Shown here one piece after another: positions 50,346 to 64,000 of a stretch of DNA of 64,000 nucleotides. The notes under the pieces were generated by a model. That model searched no databases. It was not told the DNA's origin and worked only from the letters and a program-made list of their open reading frames with translations. Made by a program: the position numbers and the translations under genes. How positions within the stretch are numbered: the stretch's first letter is position 1; every line of letters begins with the position of its first letter. Origin of the DNA: Octopus sinensis (taxonomy: Eukaryota); NCBI RefSeq assembly GCF_006345805.1, contig NC_043002.1, positions 98,704,001 to 98,768,000 on the forward strand, given 5' to 3'.

Positions 50346-50839
50346 GATTACATCGACCGCAATAAGGATGAAAAACAAAGTCGACCTTGGCGGCATTTGA
50401 ACCTTCGTTCTTTCGGGCGTAAAAATAAAAATAAAAATAAAAATAAATTTTATATATGGAGCGGGGGCTAGTCAATTATATCGGTTTCAGTGTTCGACTG
50501 GTAATTATTTTATCGACCCTGAAAGGGTTGAAACAAAAATCGACGTCGGCGGATTTGGAACTCAGTACTTAAAGACGGACGAAATGCCGCTTAGCATTTT
50601 ATTTTGCCAGCTCGCCGCCTTTTTGCACGAGGCCAGCAATTTTGGGGGAAGTGTTAAGTCGGTTACATCGATCCTAGTATACAACTAGTATTTATTTTAT
50701 TGATGAAAAAGAAAGTTGACCTCGACAGAATTTGAACTCAGAACATAGAGACGGACGAAATGACGCTAAGCATTTTTCTCGGCGTGCCAACGATTCTGCC
50801 AGCTCGCCGCTCTCAAGGAAATAAAAATAAGAATGATTG

Positions 50840-50922
50840 TGTGTATATATGACATACATACATACATGCATACATGCATACATACATACATGCATACATG
50901 CATACATACATACATACATACA

Positions 50923-50956
<34 letters not shown>

Positions 50957-51303
50957 CATACATCCATCCATCCATACATACATATATACATACATACATC
51001 ATACATACATACATACATACATACATACATACAAATATATTTAAGTTCGTATGTATGTATACATGTATGGATATATATATGAATATATATGTACATATAT
51101 ATAGAAAAATATATGTATGTATGTATGTATCTATCTATCTATATACGCATATACATACACACATACATACATACATACATACATCCATACATACATACAT
51201 ACATACGTACGTACCTACGTACATACATACACACAAACATACATTTGCACATACATACATACATACATACATACATGCATACATACATACATACATCCAT
51301 ACA

Positions 51304-51337
<34 letters not shown>

Positions 51338-51456
51338 CAGACATATATACAAATATATTTAAGTTCGTATGTATGTATACATGTATGGATATATATATAT
51401 ATATGAATATATATGTACATATATATAGAAAAATATATGTATGTATGTATGTATCC

Positions 51457-51530
<74 letters not shown>

Positions 51531-51773
51531 ATACGCATATACATACACACACATATACATACATACATACATACATACATACATACATACATACATACGT
51601 ACGTACGTACGTACCTACCTACCTACCTACGTACATACATACACACAAACATACATTTGCACATACATACATGCATACATGCATACATACATACATACAT
51701 ACATCATACATACATACATATATACATACATATATACAAATATATTTAAGTTCGTATGTATGTATACATGTAT

Positions 51774-51810
<37 letters not shown>

Positions 51811-52340
51811 TATATATGTACATATATATAGAAAAATATATGTATGTATGTATGTATGTATGTATCTATCTATCTATCTATATACGCATATACATACACA
51901 CACATACATACATACACACACACATACATACATACATACACACACATACATACATACATACATACATACATACATACTACATACATATACACATATATAC
52001 ATACACACATACAAACATACATACATACACACATACATACATACACACACATACATACATACATACACACACATACATGCATGCATACATACATACATAC
52101 ATACATACATACATACATACATACATCCATCCATCCATACATACATACATACATACCTACATACATACATACATACACATACATACATACATACATACAT
52201 ACATACATACATACACACACACATACATAATACATACATACATACATACACACATACATACACAGATACATCCATCCATCCATCCATCCATCCATCCATA
52301 TATACATACATACATACATTCATACATACATACATACATG
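50840..52340. repeat. (TACA)n/(TATC)n field with three copies of a ~130-bp complex core
   Basis: ACAAATATATTTAAGTTCGTATGTATG...GAAAAATATATG...TATACGCATATAC recurs near 51030, 51348 and 51737. Confidence 0.9.
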
Positions 52341-52487
52341 TATAATCCAACAATAATAGACGTCACTCATAAGCAAGTATGCTTTGGTACTATGGTCTGT
52401 CTCTCTAAATGTCTTAAGGCCCAAATGTAGTCACGAATAGAAATATTCTTATTACCCTTGACCTAGCGGAACATCAAGGTGGCGTAG

Positions 52488-52717
52488 AGGCGGCGAGCTG
52501 GCAGAAACGTTAGCACACCGGGCGAAATGCTTTGCGGTATTGCGTCTGTCGTTGCGTTCTGAGTTCAAATTCCGCCGAGGTCGACTTTGCCTTTCATCCT
52601 TTCGGGGTCGATAAATTAAGTACCAGTTACGCACTGGGGTCGATATAATCGACTTAATCCGTTTGTCTGTCCTTGTTTGTCCCTTCTATGTTTAGCCCCT
52701 TGTGGGCAATAAAGAAA
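52488..52717 (+). mobile_element. SINE family C, full length
   Basis: Head GGCGGCGAGCTGGCAGAAACGTTAGC, B box GAGTTCAAATTCC, central domain and tail. Further partial or diverged copies near 22905, 30075, 50460, 50640, 57909 and 58225. Confidence 0.88.
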
Positions 52718-52734
52718 CAGATAATACATAATTA

Positions 52735-52768
<34 letters not shown>

Positions 52769-53719
52769 CTCTCTCTCTCTCTCTCTCTCTCACAGAATGA
52801 AGCTCGATATTATATGTCTATCACCGAACTCATATATCAATACCTTTCTGGCACGTCCGTTTATTAGTATTTCTTTATCTTCCGTATATATTTGCTTCTT
52901 TTGTATTTCCTCAGTTATTAATCTTTGCTTTTCCTCTTTTCATTGCGAAATAGTAAAATACTTTAAAAACGAATGATGCAGTCTTGAGATGAAATATTTC
53001 TTAATTTCTTTCTGTTTGCAACAGTGTTGGCATTTTGCCCTTTGTATATTCGTCGTCGCTTTACGCCTACATATTCCTGCGGCTCATATTATTAATGTTT
53101 GTGTGCTTCAACCTTAACATTTTAGATGTCTCTACGTCTATACCTTTATCGTTAACACATTTGAAAGATGTATCTTCAATTGATAAGTGTGAAATATTTA
53201 TAAGTAGGCACATTTTCTGTCTGGGCAATTTGCCTTTATCGCTCTATAAAAATTTGCCACAAAATTTATGTGCGTCTGTCATTTTCAGACTCCCTCATTG
53301 TATAATATACCTTGTATCTTCTCCGCCAATTTTGTAGAATTGCAAGAAAGAGTTCCCAAAGCACAGAACTGTCATCTCTCTTGTGTTTGTTGATATATTT
53401 CCGTTTTATTTAACTTGAAAAGAATGTGACAAACAAACTCTTTGTTATACTTTTGTGGTCTCAAGACAACCATGGCCTTACTTTTATTATAGCATTTAAG
53501 AAAGTACCTTGGAGTGAGAGAGAGGGAGACAGGGAGACAGAAAGAGAGAGAGAGAAAGAAAGAGAGAGAGAAAGAGAAAGCAGGAGAGTGAGGAAGAGAG
53601 AGAGAGAGAGAGAGAAGAGAGAGAGAGGAAGAGAGACACTGGTTTTCTGGTATCATCGACCAATAAATAATATCTGAACTTAAATATTTGTGGTGTTTCA
53701 ACTGTTATTATCCCTGCAG

Positions 53720-53720
53720 C

Positions 53721-53809
<89 letters not shown>

Positions 53810-53935
53810 ATTATTATTATTATTATATTATTATTATTATTATTGTTGTTGTTGTTATTGTTGTTGTTGTTGTTGTTATTGTTGTCATTGTTGTTATTGT
53901 TGTTGTTGTTGTTGTTATTGTTGTTGTTGTTGCTG
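53720..53935. repeat. (TTA)n-(TTG)n microsatellite
   Basis: Direct reading. Confidence 0.95.
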
Positions 53936-54099
53936 TTCGTCAATCGATACGTGTTGCTCATCGCCGCGTAAGTTTTGCTATTATTTATATTGTTATACAT
54001 TGTTTTACATTGTACATTTGTTACTGTTACTTAGTTAAACAAACCAGGGTCTTGGAGAACTGGTTAGTTCTTTCCCATTTAGGAGCTATTTTTTTTGTT

Positions 54100-57000
54100 G
54101 CTAAAATCAAAGATGGCGAACAAAAACCGTCCATCCGCTGAAAATAACAGCGGGGTATCCGCAAGACAGAAGTGCCGAGTTGAACAAGACAGCGACTGTT
54201 TAGCAACAACAACAAGATTAGCGCACGTGGAACGTATGAAAATGAATTCCCCTTACTTCTTTCTTCCCTTTTACCACCGCAGAAACAAGAGAAGAAAATC
54301 ACAAAAACATCAACAACACAAGCGAAAACACTTCCAACGCCACCGCTACCACCGTTGCCAGCAGCAGCAGCAGTAATAGTAGTGGTAGCAATATCAACAA
54401 TACGAGAGACAGTTAGGGCAGCAGCAACAGCGCTGGTAACAACAACAACAACAACAGCGATAGCAAAGGTAACAACAGCGATAGCAAAGTTATCAACAAC
54501 GCCAATAACACCAGCCAAAACAATTACAACAACAGCAGCAGAAGTAGTAGGAGCTGCAGCAGCAACAACAGCAACGACAGCAACAACAACAATGCCCACG
54601 TTACCAGCAACAACAAAAACACTTTCGCAGCGGCAGTAGCCAAAATGAGACCACAATTCAGCCTAGGTCTCACAAACAAAGATGAAATGTTTGCTCAAGC
54701 CTGGAAACTCACCAAACAAGAGCTAACCTGGGCAAATCTAACTATTCCGGCAGGAGCCATCGAAGAAGTGGAGAGAAGGGCAGTATATTTCATATGCATC
54801 TTAGGACAGAAGAAAAAAGTGGCTTTAATAGCACAAGCAGATATTGAAGCTGCGCTGAGATGTATCAGGAATGACACCGAATACATAGCGAGAAGCAGAC
54901 AATACGACACCGTTTCTATTCTTTTGTAAGTCAGAAGCCCTCGCTATGAAGCACTCAATGACTCCTTGCAAAACCATCTAGATCATAATGGGAAAAAGAA
55001 CAGCTCGTGTCGCATTCCCAGGATTCCACCAGAACTTGATAAGTGGTGGGTTCTGGGATGCTTAATCGAGCAAGGGTCAGATACTGTCCCAATGGAGGTG
55101 ACAAAAACTGCCAGGTAGGACTAGTTTGGGGTTGACCTGGAGATACTTCTCCAGATCGGACCAGAAAACGCAAAAAAATCTTGGAGGGTAATACACATAA
55201 TGACTGAAGGCAAAAGATCACATTGTTTCGTTTGTGGAGAAACAACCCATTTTCGAGCTTCTGCCATCAAGTGATAAAAGGTGCAAGGGATTGAAGGTCT
55301 CCACTGCTGCCTACGCCGAGGTAAAGACCACAACCAGCACCAGCACCCCGATCGTGAAACCTATATCGAAACTTTTAAAGTGGTTCCCCCACCACTAATT
55401 ATGGAAGTCGAACCACCCGAACTTAACGAGACACTGGAAGGTGAGTAAACCTTTCTTCTCTCTTTTTAGCTTGCGAACATGACCATATTAAGAGTAGGAA
55501 GTTTAAATGTTCGACGACTATCAGATCTTTGCATCTGTTAGTCTGCCGAGAATGGGAAATGGGGTGGCAGTGCTGTTAAGGAATGATCTGGATCTCGCGA
55601 TAAGGTCGATCTTCGGGACCTTTGACGGTAAATTGGTGGACCTGGACTTGAGCAATAGTGAAGGTGGTGCCTTCAGACTGGTGGCCGTATACGCCCCTAC
55701 CGGTGCCAAACGGCCGAATTTCTTTAGGCATTTCGACGCTTTTCTGGGTACGTCTCACCCTTCACTGTTAGTGGGAGACTGGGACGGTATCTTAGACGCA
55801 CGCTGGGATTGTGTGGAAATAGCTGATAGAAGCATGGGGTACAAAAGTCTCAAGTACCTGATCAGCCAGTTCCAACTGTCTGACAAGTACCGACGAGATT
55901 TCCGTAATGCGCCAGTGTGGACCTGCACCAACCGTATCGGGTCATCTAGATCGTTTATAGTCAGGATTTTCAGTAGGAAAATAACCAGTGACTGTGTAAA
56001 ATGTTCCCATTTTAAAACGGTCGTCTATTCAGATCCAGAGTTTGTAATCTGTACGATAGGCCTAGATAAGACGCGTAGGTAAGGACCCGGTTACTGGAAG
56101 CTGAACATGTCGTTTCTGCTACGTAAGGCGTACTGGGACCGGGTCAACAATTTAGTTAAGCAAAAGTTGACAGGGGTGGGGATTGCCAACAACAAGTGGT
56201 GGGGCCTCTCAAAAGAGAGATTGAAGTAATATCGATAGGGTTTAGCAAAGAAGTGGCGTTAGAAAAATAGAAAGGGAGATGAGCTAGTAGCTAAGTTAGA
56301 CGAGGCTATTTGTAGTAGCATTGCAACCAACCTGCTAGCAGCGAGAATGGCATTAGACTATTTCTTCAATGTGAAACAGGAAGTTTGCGTTGTCAGAGCT
56401 AAGGCGCGTGATCTGAGAAACGAGGGTACAAAAGCTGTTCGATGGACCCAGGTGGCAGAGGCACAGCGTGGTAAAACAACAATTCGGTTTTTGACGAACC
56501 GAGAGTGATACGGGCTGAGCGATTCCTGGCAGATGTGTGAGGCCTTACATCAGCACTTTGCTCAGTTGTTCGCGAGGAGTAGCGGGTGAGAGATGGTAGC
56601 GGATTTCAGTCATTACATCTACGGCTTTCCACGCCTCTCGACGGCTTTCCACGCCTCTCGACGGCTTTCCACGCCTCTCGACGGCTTTCCACGCCTCTCG
56701 ACGGCTTTCCACACCTCTCGACGGCTTTCCACGCCTCTCGACGGCTTTCCACGCCTCTAGACGGCCGACGCCGAGCGCTGCGAAAAGCAGATAGTTTCAG
56801 CCGAAATTCAAGATGCCCTTCAGGATGCCCTTTTCGGATGGTCTGCCCTATGAGCTTCACGGAAATATGCCAGACTTGTTCAATCTCCTCGAAGCGCTCT
56901 ACTGCAACTGGCTGCAGAACGGGTGTGCTCCCAGTTCTGTGAGCAGGGGTGTAGTGACGCTGATAAAGAAAGACAAAAACAAGAGTGGCACACTAGATAA

Positions 57001-57480
57001 CTTCAAGCCCATAACTCTGCTAAACACAGAGTTTAAAATTTTGGCGAAGGTGTTAGCGAAGTGGTTGGCGCTTGTCGTCAACGATTTGGTTGGGGAGGCG
57101 CAAATCTGTGCAATCCCGACCAAGTCCATTCGCGACAACCTCCATCTAATGCGATACATCATAGAAAGGGTAAGGTGTAAACCTGGGGCTCTGATCAATT
57201 TAGATACATCGAAAGCATTCGATAGAGTCGACCATCTGTACCTGTAGGCTGTTATCAAAGCAGTTGGCTTCGGCCCCGTCTTCAGAGGTTGGATCGCTTG
57301 CAATGCACAGTGGCATCTGTTCAGTGGTCAAAGTTAATGGCCACCTCTCGGAGCAGTTTCAGATCTCCGGATCGGTCCGTCAAGGGTGCCCTTACACCTC
57401 CTTTCTGTACGTATTGACTCTTCAGCCTTTATTGCAGAAGCTGGCGCAGCTGCAAGGCATTCCGCTCGAACCTGGTCGCA
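54100..57480 (+). mobile_element. Tx1/L1-type LINE, 3'-truncated and inactivated
   Basis: ORF1 remnants with a Thr/Ala-rich tract and CFVCGETTH knuckle (about 55224). ORF2 starts at ATG 55479 (MTILRVGSLNV), with APE motifs (VYAP, LVGDW), GPGYWKLN, and RT motifs KPITLLNTEFKILAK, DTSKAFDRVDH and GSVRQGCP. Breaks off before YADD. Confidence 0.92.
56621..56760 (+). repeat. 20-bp minisatellite, 7 copies, inside LINE ORF2
   Basis: ACGGCTTTCCACGCCTCTCG x7; units 5 and 7 each carry one substitution. Confidence 0.97.
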
Positions 57481-57489
57481 GAAGATCTG

Positions 57490-57895
57490 GCATTTCAAGG
57501 CAGTTACAATACCAGTGATTATAGGAGCACTTGAAATGATAAAAAAATAAAGGAACTGAAAATTATTTGAGGATAATCCCTGGCTCATCGTCTATGCGGA
57601 ACGTGCAAAAGATTATCGTAACTGGTACGTCACACGTATTAAGAAGAGCAGTCCCACTGTGAATTTTCTTTCCTTTATTTCTTCTTCATTTTCTTTGTTT
57701 TCATTTTTTTCATTGTTTCTTCCCATCTTTTTCTCTCTGTCTTTCTTTCCTTTTTTTATCTGTCACATGACTTTGTAAAAATAAAACGATCTGGTGTCCT
57801 TATTTTAATGGCTTATCAATGTATACAGGGAATTTCTTTGTCGTAGGTGTCGGGAAGACATTTGACAAGAAATGGAAACAAAATTGAAAGAAGTG
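57490..57895 (+). mobile_element. 5'-truncated copy of the R4/Dong-type LINE
   Basis: Aligns by eye to 62240-62570 (VTIPVIIGAL..., 3' UTR GTCGGGAAGACA). Confidence 0.8.
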
Positions 57896-58114
57896 GATAA
57901 TGACAATGATTTCAAATTTTTGCACAAGGCCAGCAATTTTGGGAGAGGGGATAAGTCGATATCATCAACCTCAGCATTCATCAGGTACTTATTTTATCAC
58001 CCCGAAACGATGAAAAGCAAAGTCGACGGAATTGGAATTCAGAATGTAAAGATGGAATAAATGCCGCTAAGCCTTTTGTCCGGTGTGCTGACGATTCTGC
58101 TAGCTCACCGCCTT

Positions 58115-58162
<48 letters not shown>

Positions 58163-58409
58163 AATAATAATAACAATAATAATAATAATAATAATAATGA
58201 TAATAATAATAATAATCCTTTCTACTGGAGGTGCAAGGCCTGAAATTTGTGGGATGGGGACTAGTCGATTATATCGACCTCAGTGTTTCACTGGTACTTA
58301 ATTTGTCAACACAGAATGGGTGAAAGGCAAAGTCGACCTCGGCGTAGCGACGGGCGAAATACCACTAAGCAATTCGTCTAGCGCTCTAACGATTTTGCCA
58401 GCTCGCCGC

Positions 58410-58433
58410 TTTAATAATAATAATAATAATAAC

Positions 58434-58489
<56 letters not shown>

Positions 58490-58586
58490 TAACAATAATG
58501 ATGATGATGATGATAATAATAATAACAATAATGATGATTATGATGATGATGATGATGATAATAATAATAGTAATAATAATAATTAT

Positions 58587-58627
<41 letters not shown>

Positions 58628-58639
58628 CAACAATAATAA
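58410..58639. repeat. (TAA)n/(TGA)n microsatellite
   Basis: Direct reading; abuts the 5' end of the R4/Dong-type LINE. Confidence 0.95.
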
Positions 58640-61600
58640 GCCGACTACGGCTGCTATAATGGTACGATTATAATTGTAACGGCAATGATGGCCGTCTCCC
58701 CACGAGCCAATCAAAGCTAAAAAATGATAACATTATCGTAGCACCAAAATGTTTTTGGAAACTAAAAGGAAAACTAAATCAGTATACCAAATCGCTTGTC
58801 CTATGGTTAATCTGGAAGCGCGTCCCCCAGGGAAGAGCCAGCCTGGGATCGAAAAGTTATCAACTGGCACAAACTCTTCTCCGAATACGGACATGGATGG
58901 TCACTTGAACGGGAAATCCCCCAAATCACCACCACAACCACCACAGAAAGAAAAATGTAAGCGGAACAAATGGACCCGAGAAGAGTATAAAGAAGTAATA
59001 TACGCTTATTACTATGCATTAGGTAGGCCATCTCAAGAGAGACACACCGCAAACTCTTACAGTATATGGAGAACACGGAATCAAGACAGTAGGCCCTATT
59101 TGGACGAGAACAAATTAGCAAATGTGAGGAGGGATATCTTTAGAAATAACAGACTCACAGACAGTGAAATAAGCACGATCAAGCACGCAACGGAAAATGA
59201 CATAAATATAAGACACAAAGAAATGAAGAATCAAATGAACAGTATAGCCCGCCACGAGGCTTATTGAAAGACTGCCATCTGCCAAAGTACGCAAAGGCCT
59301 GAAGATACAATAAATTCTATTGTACCTGTTAAAGATAGCCAGGAAAACGAAAGAACAACAGTAACTGAAGATCTCGCATTTGCTGAAGAACACAGAGAGT
59401 CTATAGCAGAAATGAGGCAGAAAATCCTGAATACGCTTGAAGTTGTAGACATACAAGTATGAATGATAGAACCGCTTCATAAACTCTCAATACAAACCAA
59501 AAAAAAACAATCCAAATTGGCAACTATGTAACAAATGAAATAATACGAGAATTAAAACCTGATTTTAACTGAGTTAAATGAAATTATTTACGCTTCTGCT
59601 AGGGCAATTGAAACCAGCTGTATGCCCCCGAAAAACACAGAAACAAAACTGGGAAGAAATCAAACTGGAGAAAGTAAAATTGAAAAAGAGATTGAATTTA
59701 TGAGAGGGGAAATATCAATATTAAATGAACTAATATGTGGAAATGATGTAAGATCCAGAACAGGAAGAAAGATGAAGAGAAAATTTGGATCCTCACCAAG
59801 AGAAGAACTGATATCAATAAAAGAAACGCTGAAACAAAATTCAAGCAAAAGCCCAAAGAATACGAAATTTGAGAAGAGAAACAAGTTTTACAAGCAAAAT
59901 AAGCTGTTCCACATCCAATGCCAAAAAATTCTACAGAGAAATAGGGAAGGAGAAAGTAACCGTTAAAGACCACCCTCCCATGGAAGAAGTCAAAACTTTT
60001 GGAAAAGGATTCGGAGTGACAAGAAGACGTACAACATAAATGCAGACTGGATTATACAAACTGAAGGATCCTACCAAAATTTACAACAAGCATGGGAAGA
60101 CATCACAATAGCAGACCTAAGAAAGGCACTCACGAAGGCCCATAATTGGAAATCCCCCGGTAAAGATAGGGTGCCGAATTTCTGGCTCGCATCGCTCGTG
60201 CGCACACGGTAAGCTAGTTCAGCTGCTCAATGGAATTATGAGAGACCCAAAGAAAACACCTGAATGGTTAGCAAGTGGCATTACTTACCTACTCCCAAAG
60301 AATAACGAAACCAACCTTCCAAAAAACTATCGCCTATAACCTGTCTATCCACCACGTATAAAATCCTAACATCTATCCTGGCGGAGAAAACATATGCATT
60401 CATGGACAAGAACGATATTTTCCCCATTGAACAAAAAGGGTGCCGCCGAGGCTCTTACGGATGCAAAGATCAACTGCTAATCAATCGTATGATCCTTGAG
60501 AACTGTCACAACAAGCGCAGAAATCTCAGCACCGCATGGATTGACTATAAAAAGGCCTTCGACAGTATACCGCGCATCCATGGATCTTGAGATCGCTGGA
60601 CATCTTCAAAATTTCCCCTGTGATTTCAAACTTCCTGAAGCACAATATGTCGTTGTGGAATACGAATCTCCAATATACCACTCTAATGGAGTACTACTTG
60701 CCTCAGAAAATATAAACATCAACTCTGGAATTTTTCAAGGTGACTCACTTTCACCTTTAATATTCTGCATAGCCCTAATACCCCTTACAAGTGAATAAAC
60801 AGAACAGGGTATGGGTATAAAATTGCCAATAAAAAAATAAGCCATCTATTTTATATGGATGACTTAAAACTTTATGGTAAAGACAATAATGAACTTGAAG
60901 GCCTATTGCGCACCGTGAAATCATTCAGCGATGACATCGGGATGGAGTTTGGACTTGAGAAGTGTGCCAAGCCAAGGCACTTTCCAGAAAGGGAAAGTGA
61001 ACCACAAATTCAGTCGTGTTAGATGTTGGCACAGTCATAAGAGAGCTTGAGCAAGAACAAACATACAAATATTTAGGGATAAATGAAGGCTCTGGTATTC
61101 AGCATGCAAGCATGAAGAGAAAATCAGGAAGGAATGTTATAGGAGAGTTCGTGCAGTCCTGAAATCTGAACTAAATGCACGTAACAAGGTGTTAGCTATA
61201 AATTCCCTAGCAGTTCCAGTTGTTACTTATAGCTACAATGGTGTTGAACTGGAATATGAGTGAAGTAAAGAATATAGATAGAAAAATACGCAAGCTGCTG
61301 AGTTGTAATAGGATGCACCACCACAAAGGCAGACGTAGATCGCCTTTACCTTCCCAGAGCCCAAGGAGGTCGAGGCCTGATCCAATTTGAACTAGCTTAC
61401 AAAACAACCACAATTGGACTGGCCAAATATCTCGAAATATCGAATGACTGGATGCTAAAGCTCGTGGAAAATCACGAGAGGCGAAAGAAGCTTCATTCTA
61501 TCATCAAGGAAAGCAAAAAAATTGCTATTGATCTCGTGAAGGATACCCAAACTGAACAACCCGAGGGAAGTACGGCAACTATTGCTGCAAAGAAGGTGAA

Positions 61601-62582
61601 AATGATGGCAATGAAAAAAGCGCACGAGCAATTGGCTGATAGGTGGGAGGAGAAACCTCTGCACGGCAAATATGTGACCCGCATCAAAGAAGCTGATGTT
61701 GACCAGAAGCAAACCCATCAGTGGCTGCGGAGCTCAGGGCTAAAAGCAGAGAGCGAAGGTTTCATCCTGGCTGCTCAAGACCAAAGCCTATCAACCCGGA
61801 ACTACCAGGCCAATGTGATGAAAAATGGAGCAGACCCAAAATGCCGATTCTGCAACGACATGATTGAAACAGTGGACCACCTAATCTCTGGATGTAAAGT
61901 CTTAGCACCAGTGGAATATAAATTAAGACATGACAGAGTTGGCCAATATCTCCACTGGCTAATAAGTCGGCATTACAATATCAAAACTGCCGACAAGTGG
62001 TATAATCACCACCCTGAGGCTGTAACTGAAGGAGAAAATGTAACCATTCTGTGGGACTTTCCAGTACATACAGACCGAACCATCAAGGCCAATAAACCAG
62101 ATATTGTTGTGAAAGACCAAAACAATAAAGTTTGCTTATTGATCGACATGAGCATCCCCTTGATCATAATATCTCAGCGAAAGAGTTTGACAAGCTCAGA
62201 AAATATAAAGACCTACTCATTGAAATTGAGAAAATGTGGCATCTCAAGGCGGTTACAATACCAGTGATCGTAGGAGCACTAGGAATGATCAAGAAGGGAA
62301 CCGAAAATTATATGAGAATGATCCCTGGCTTACCATCCCTGCAAGAAGTGCAAAAGATTGTCTTAACTGGTACATCACACGTATTGAGAAGAGCATTGTC
62401 GATGTGAGAACTGTTGCTGCTCATGCATTTTAATTTAACTTAAAAAAAAAAAAAAAAAAATGAACGAACTACTGAGTTTGGTTTAATGGCCTACCAATAT
62501 ACACTATGAGTTTCTTTGCCCTAGGAGTCGGGAAGACACTCGGCAAGAAATGGAAGAAAATTTGAAAGAAGAAAAAAAAAAG
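58640..62582 (+). mobile_element. Apparently full-length R4/Dong-clade non-LTR retrotransposon (RT plus restriction-like endonuclease), frameshifted as written
   Basis: N-terminal KWTREEYKEVIYAYY domain. RT motifs QKGCRRG, WIDYKKAFDS, GIFQGDSLSP and YMDD (60852-60863). CRFC-x8-H-x4-C finger, RHD, and KPD...IDMSIP...K endonuclease. Stop at 62405-62407; (TAA)n on both flanks. Confidence 0.92.
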
Positions 62583-62608
62583 TAATAATAATAATAATAA
62601 TAATAATA

Positions 62609-62891
62609 GAGGTAACTAGAATGTGGAATCTGAAAACAGAAACAATTCCTATCATAGTAGGTGCAGTAGGCATGATAAAACAATATTCAGACAAATACAT
62701 AACAAAAACACCGGACTTACAAACACATATAACATAAGAAAATTGCACTACTAGGCACTGCACAATCCTACGCAGACACTTTCCATACAATAACCATCAA
62801 GCATCACAACAAATCACAGCACATACCCAAGGCACACAGAGCTGTGCTCGGTAGTGAAGTGAAAGCACGCTATAAAAATAAAACTACTGAG
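62609..62891 (+). mobile_element. 3' fragment of a second R4/Dong-type family
   Basis: Encodes EVTRMWNLKTETIPIIVGAVGMIK, homologous to EIEKMWHLKAVTIPVIVGALGMIK. Different 3' UTR; (TAA)n on both flanks. Confidence 0.82.
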
Positions 62892-63380
62892 TAATAATAA
62901 TAATAATAATAATAATAATGATGATACCAGACTAGCTCACATGGCTGCTGATCTTAACTGATTGGAAATGTTATCATGTACATTGTTTTGTTTTGGTATA
63001 AAAGAGGGCCTACAGCAAATATTCCGCTCAATACCTCAGGTTTGCATGTCAGTTGTTTGACCGTAACCAGTTGAGCATGTCCCTTAGTGGCTGACGATAT
63101 GTGCATCTCTGATCACGAGCAGAAGTAGTGGGGGAGCATCATAGCTGTGTGTTGAAAGGAATTCTTAGAGGTTTGGATAATTCACCTTTGTAAACATGGG
63201 TGGTTCGTTCAACATCCTTGAACAATCCTTATCTTGATATGAGATCACCATATCGCGCACATATGGTTGTGATGCATGTGCCTAGAGTACCCTTATCAGA
63301 CGGGTAGTTATGATGTGTATACTAGGCTTCGTATATTTTACCCCAGTGTCAATTTGATGGCATGCGCTGCTCTTTCACTC

Positions 63381-63412
<32 letters not shown>

Positions 63413-63468
63413 TAATAATAATGATAATAATAATGATAATAATAATGATAATAATAATAATAATAATG

Positions 63469-63528
<60 letters not shown>

Positions 63529-63530
63529 TA
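63381..63530. repeat. (AAT)n microsatellite
   Basis: Direct reading. Confidence 0.95.
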
Positions 63531-63579
63531 CCAAGTTACACTTTTGAAATAGCATAAGATATTTGTGTGTCTTTGTCTG

Positions 63580-63680
<101 letters not shown>

Positions 63681-63903
63681 GCACATGGCTGAAGTGCATA
63701 AAAGAATAAAAGACACACACACACATATATATATATATCCATCCTGTCCTACTGCGGAAGTGTAAAGTGATAACGGCTTGTTGCGGCACGCTGTATTTAG
63801 TCGTACAAGTTTCTTTCATTCACTGATGTAATCTTCGTAATTATTATGCATTCAATTATTAGAAATTGTTTTTGGCTGTCATTTGGAATATCGATAAACA
63901 CCA

Positions 63904-63940
<37 letters not shown>

Positions 63941-64000
63941 CCCTCACCGTTGCTGCTAGTGCTGCGGTTGTTTCTGCAGTTGCTGCCGTTGTGTTCTACG

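Noticed and set aside
55441-55469. GTGAGT...polypyrimidine...TAG between LINE ORF1 and ORF2
   Set aside because: 29 nt is too short for a normal intron, and removal does not put ORF1 in frame with the ORF2 ATG.

Overview
AT-rich, microsatellite-dense animal genomic DNA, most likely an octopus (inferred from the repeat families and repeat density as I recall them; no search was run). The only host gene I can support is the 3' end of a semaphorin-5-like gene on the + strand. It has two phase-1 TSP1 exons (12721-12885, 21417-21563) and a terminal transmembrane/cytoplasmic exon (23613-24010). No further upstream exon was recognised, so 1-12720 is treated as intron. Everything else is mobile DNA or simple repeat: several tRNA-derived SINE families, an RTE-tailed SINE-like family, piggyBac-, hAT- and mariner-type MITEs, DD37D (maT) transposon relics, a deleted Helitron plus non-autonomous Helitrons, two Tx1/L1-type LINE relics, and an apparently full-length R4/Dong-type LINE in a (TAA)n tract. 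The most interesting signal is a set of small non-coding cassettes carrying minimal type I hammerhead ribozyme motifs (Penelope-like/retrozyme type), some as fold-back pairs. Inside the semaphorin introns, the copies with intact cores are all antisense, while every sense copy I found carries a core lesion. Almost all ORFs in the supplied track are microsatellite or transposon artefacts. All structures and alignments were done by eye.
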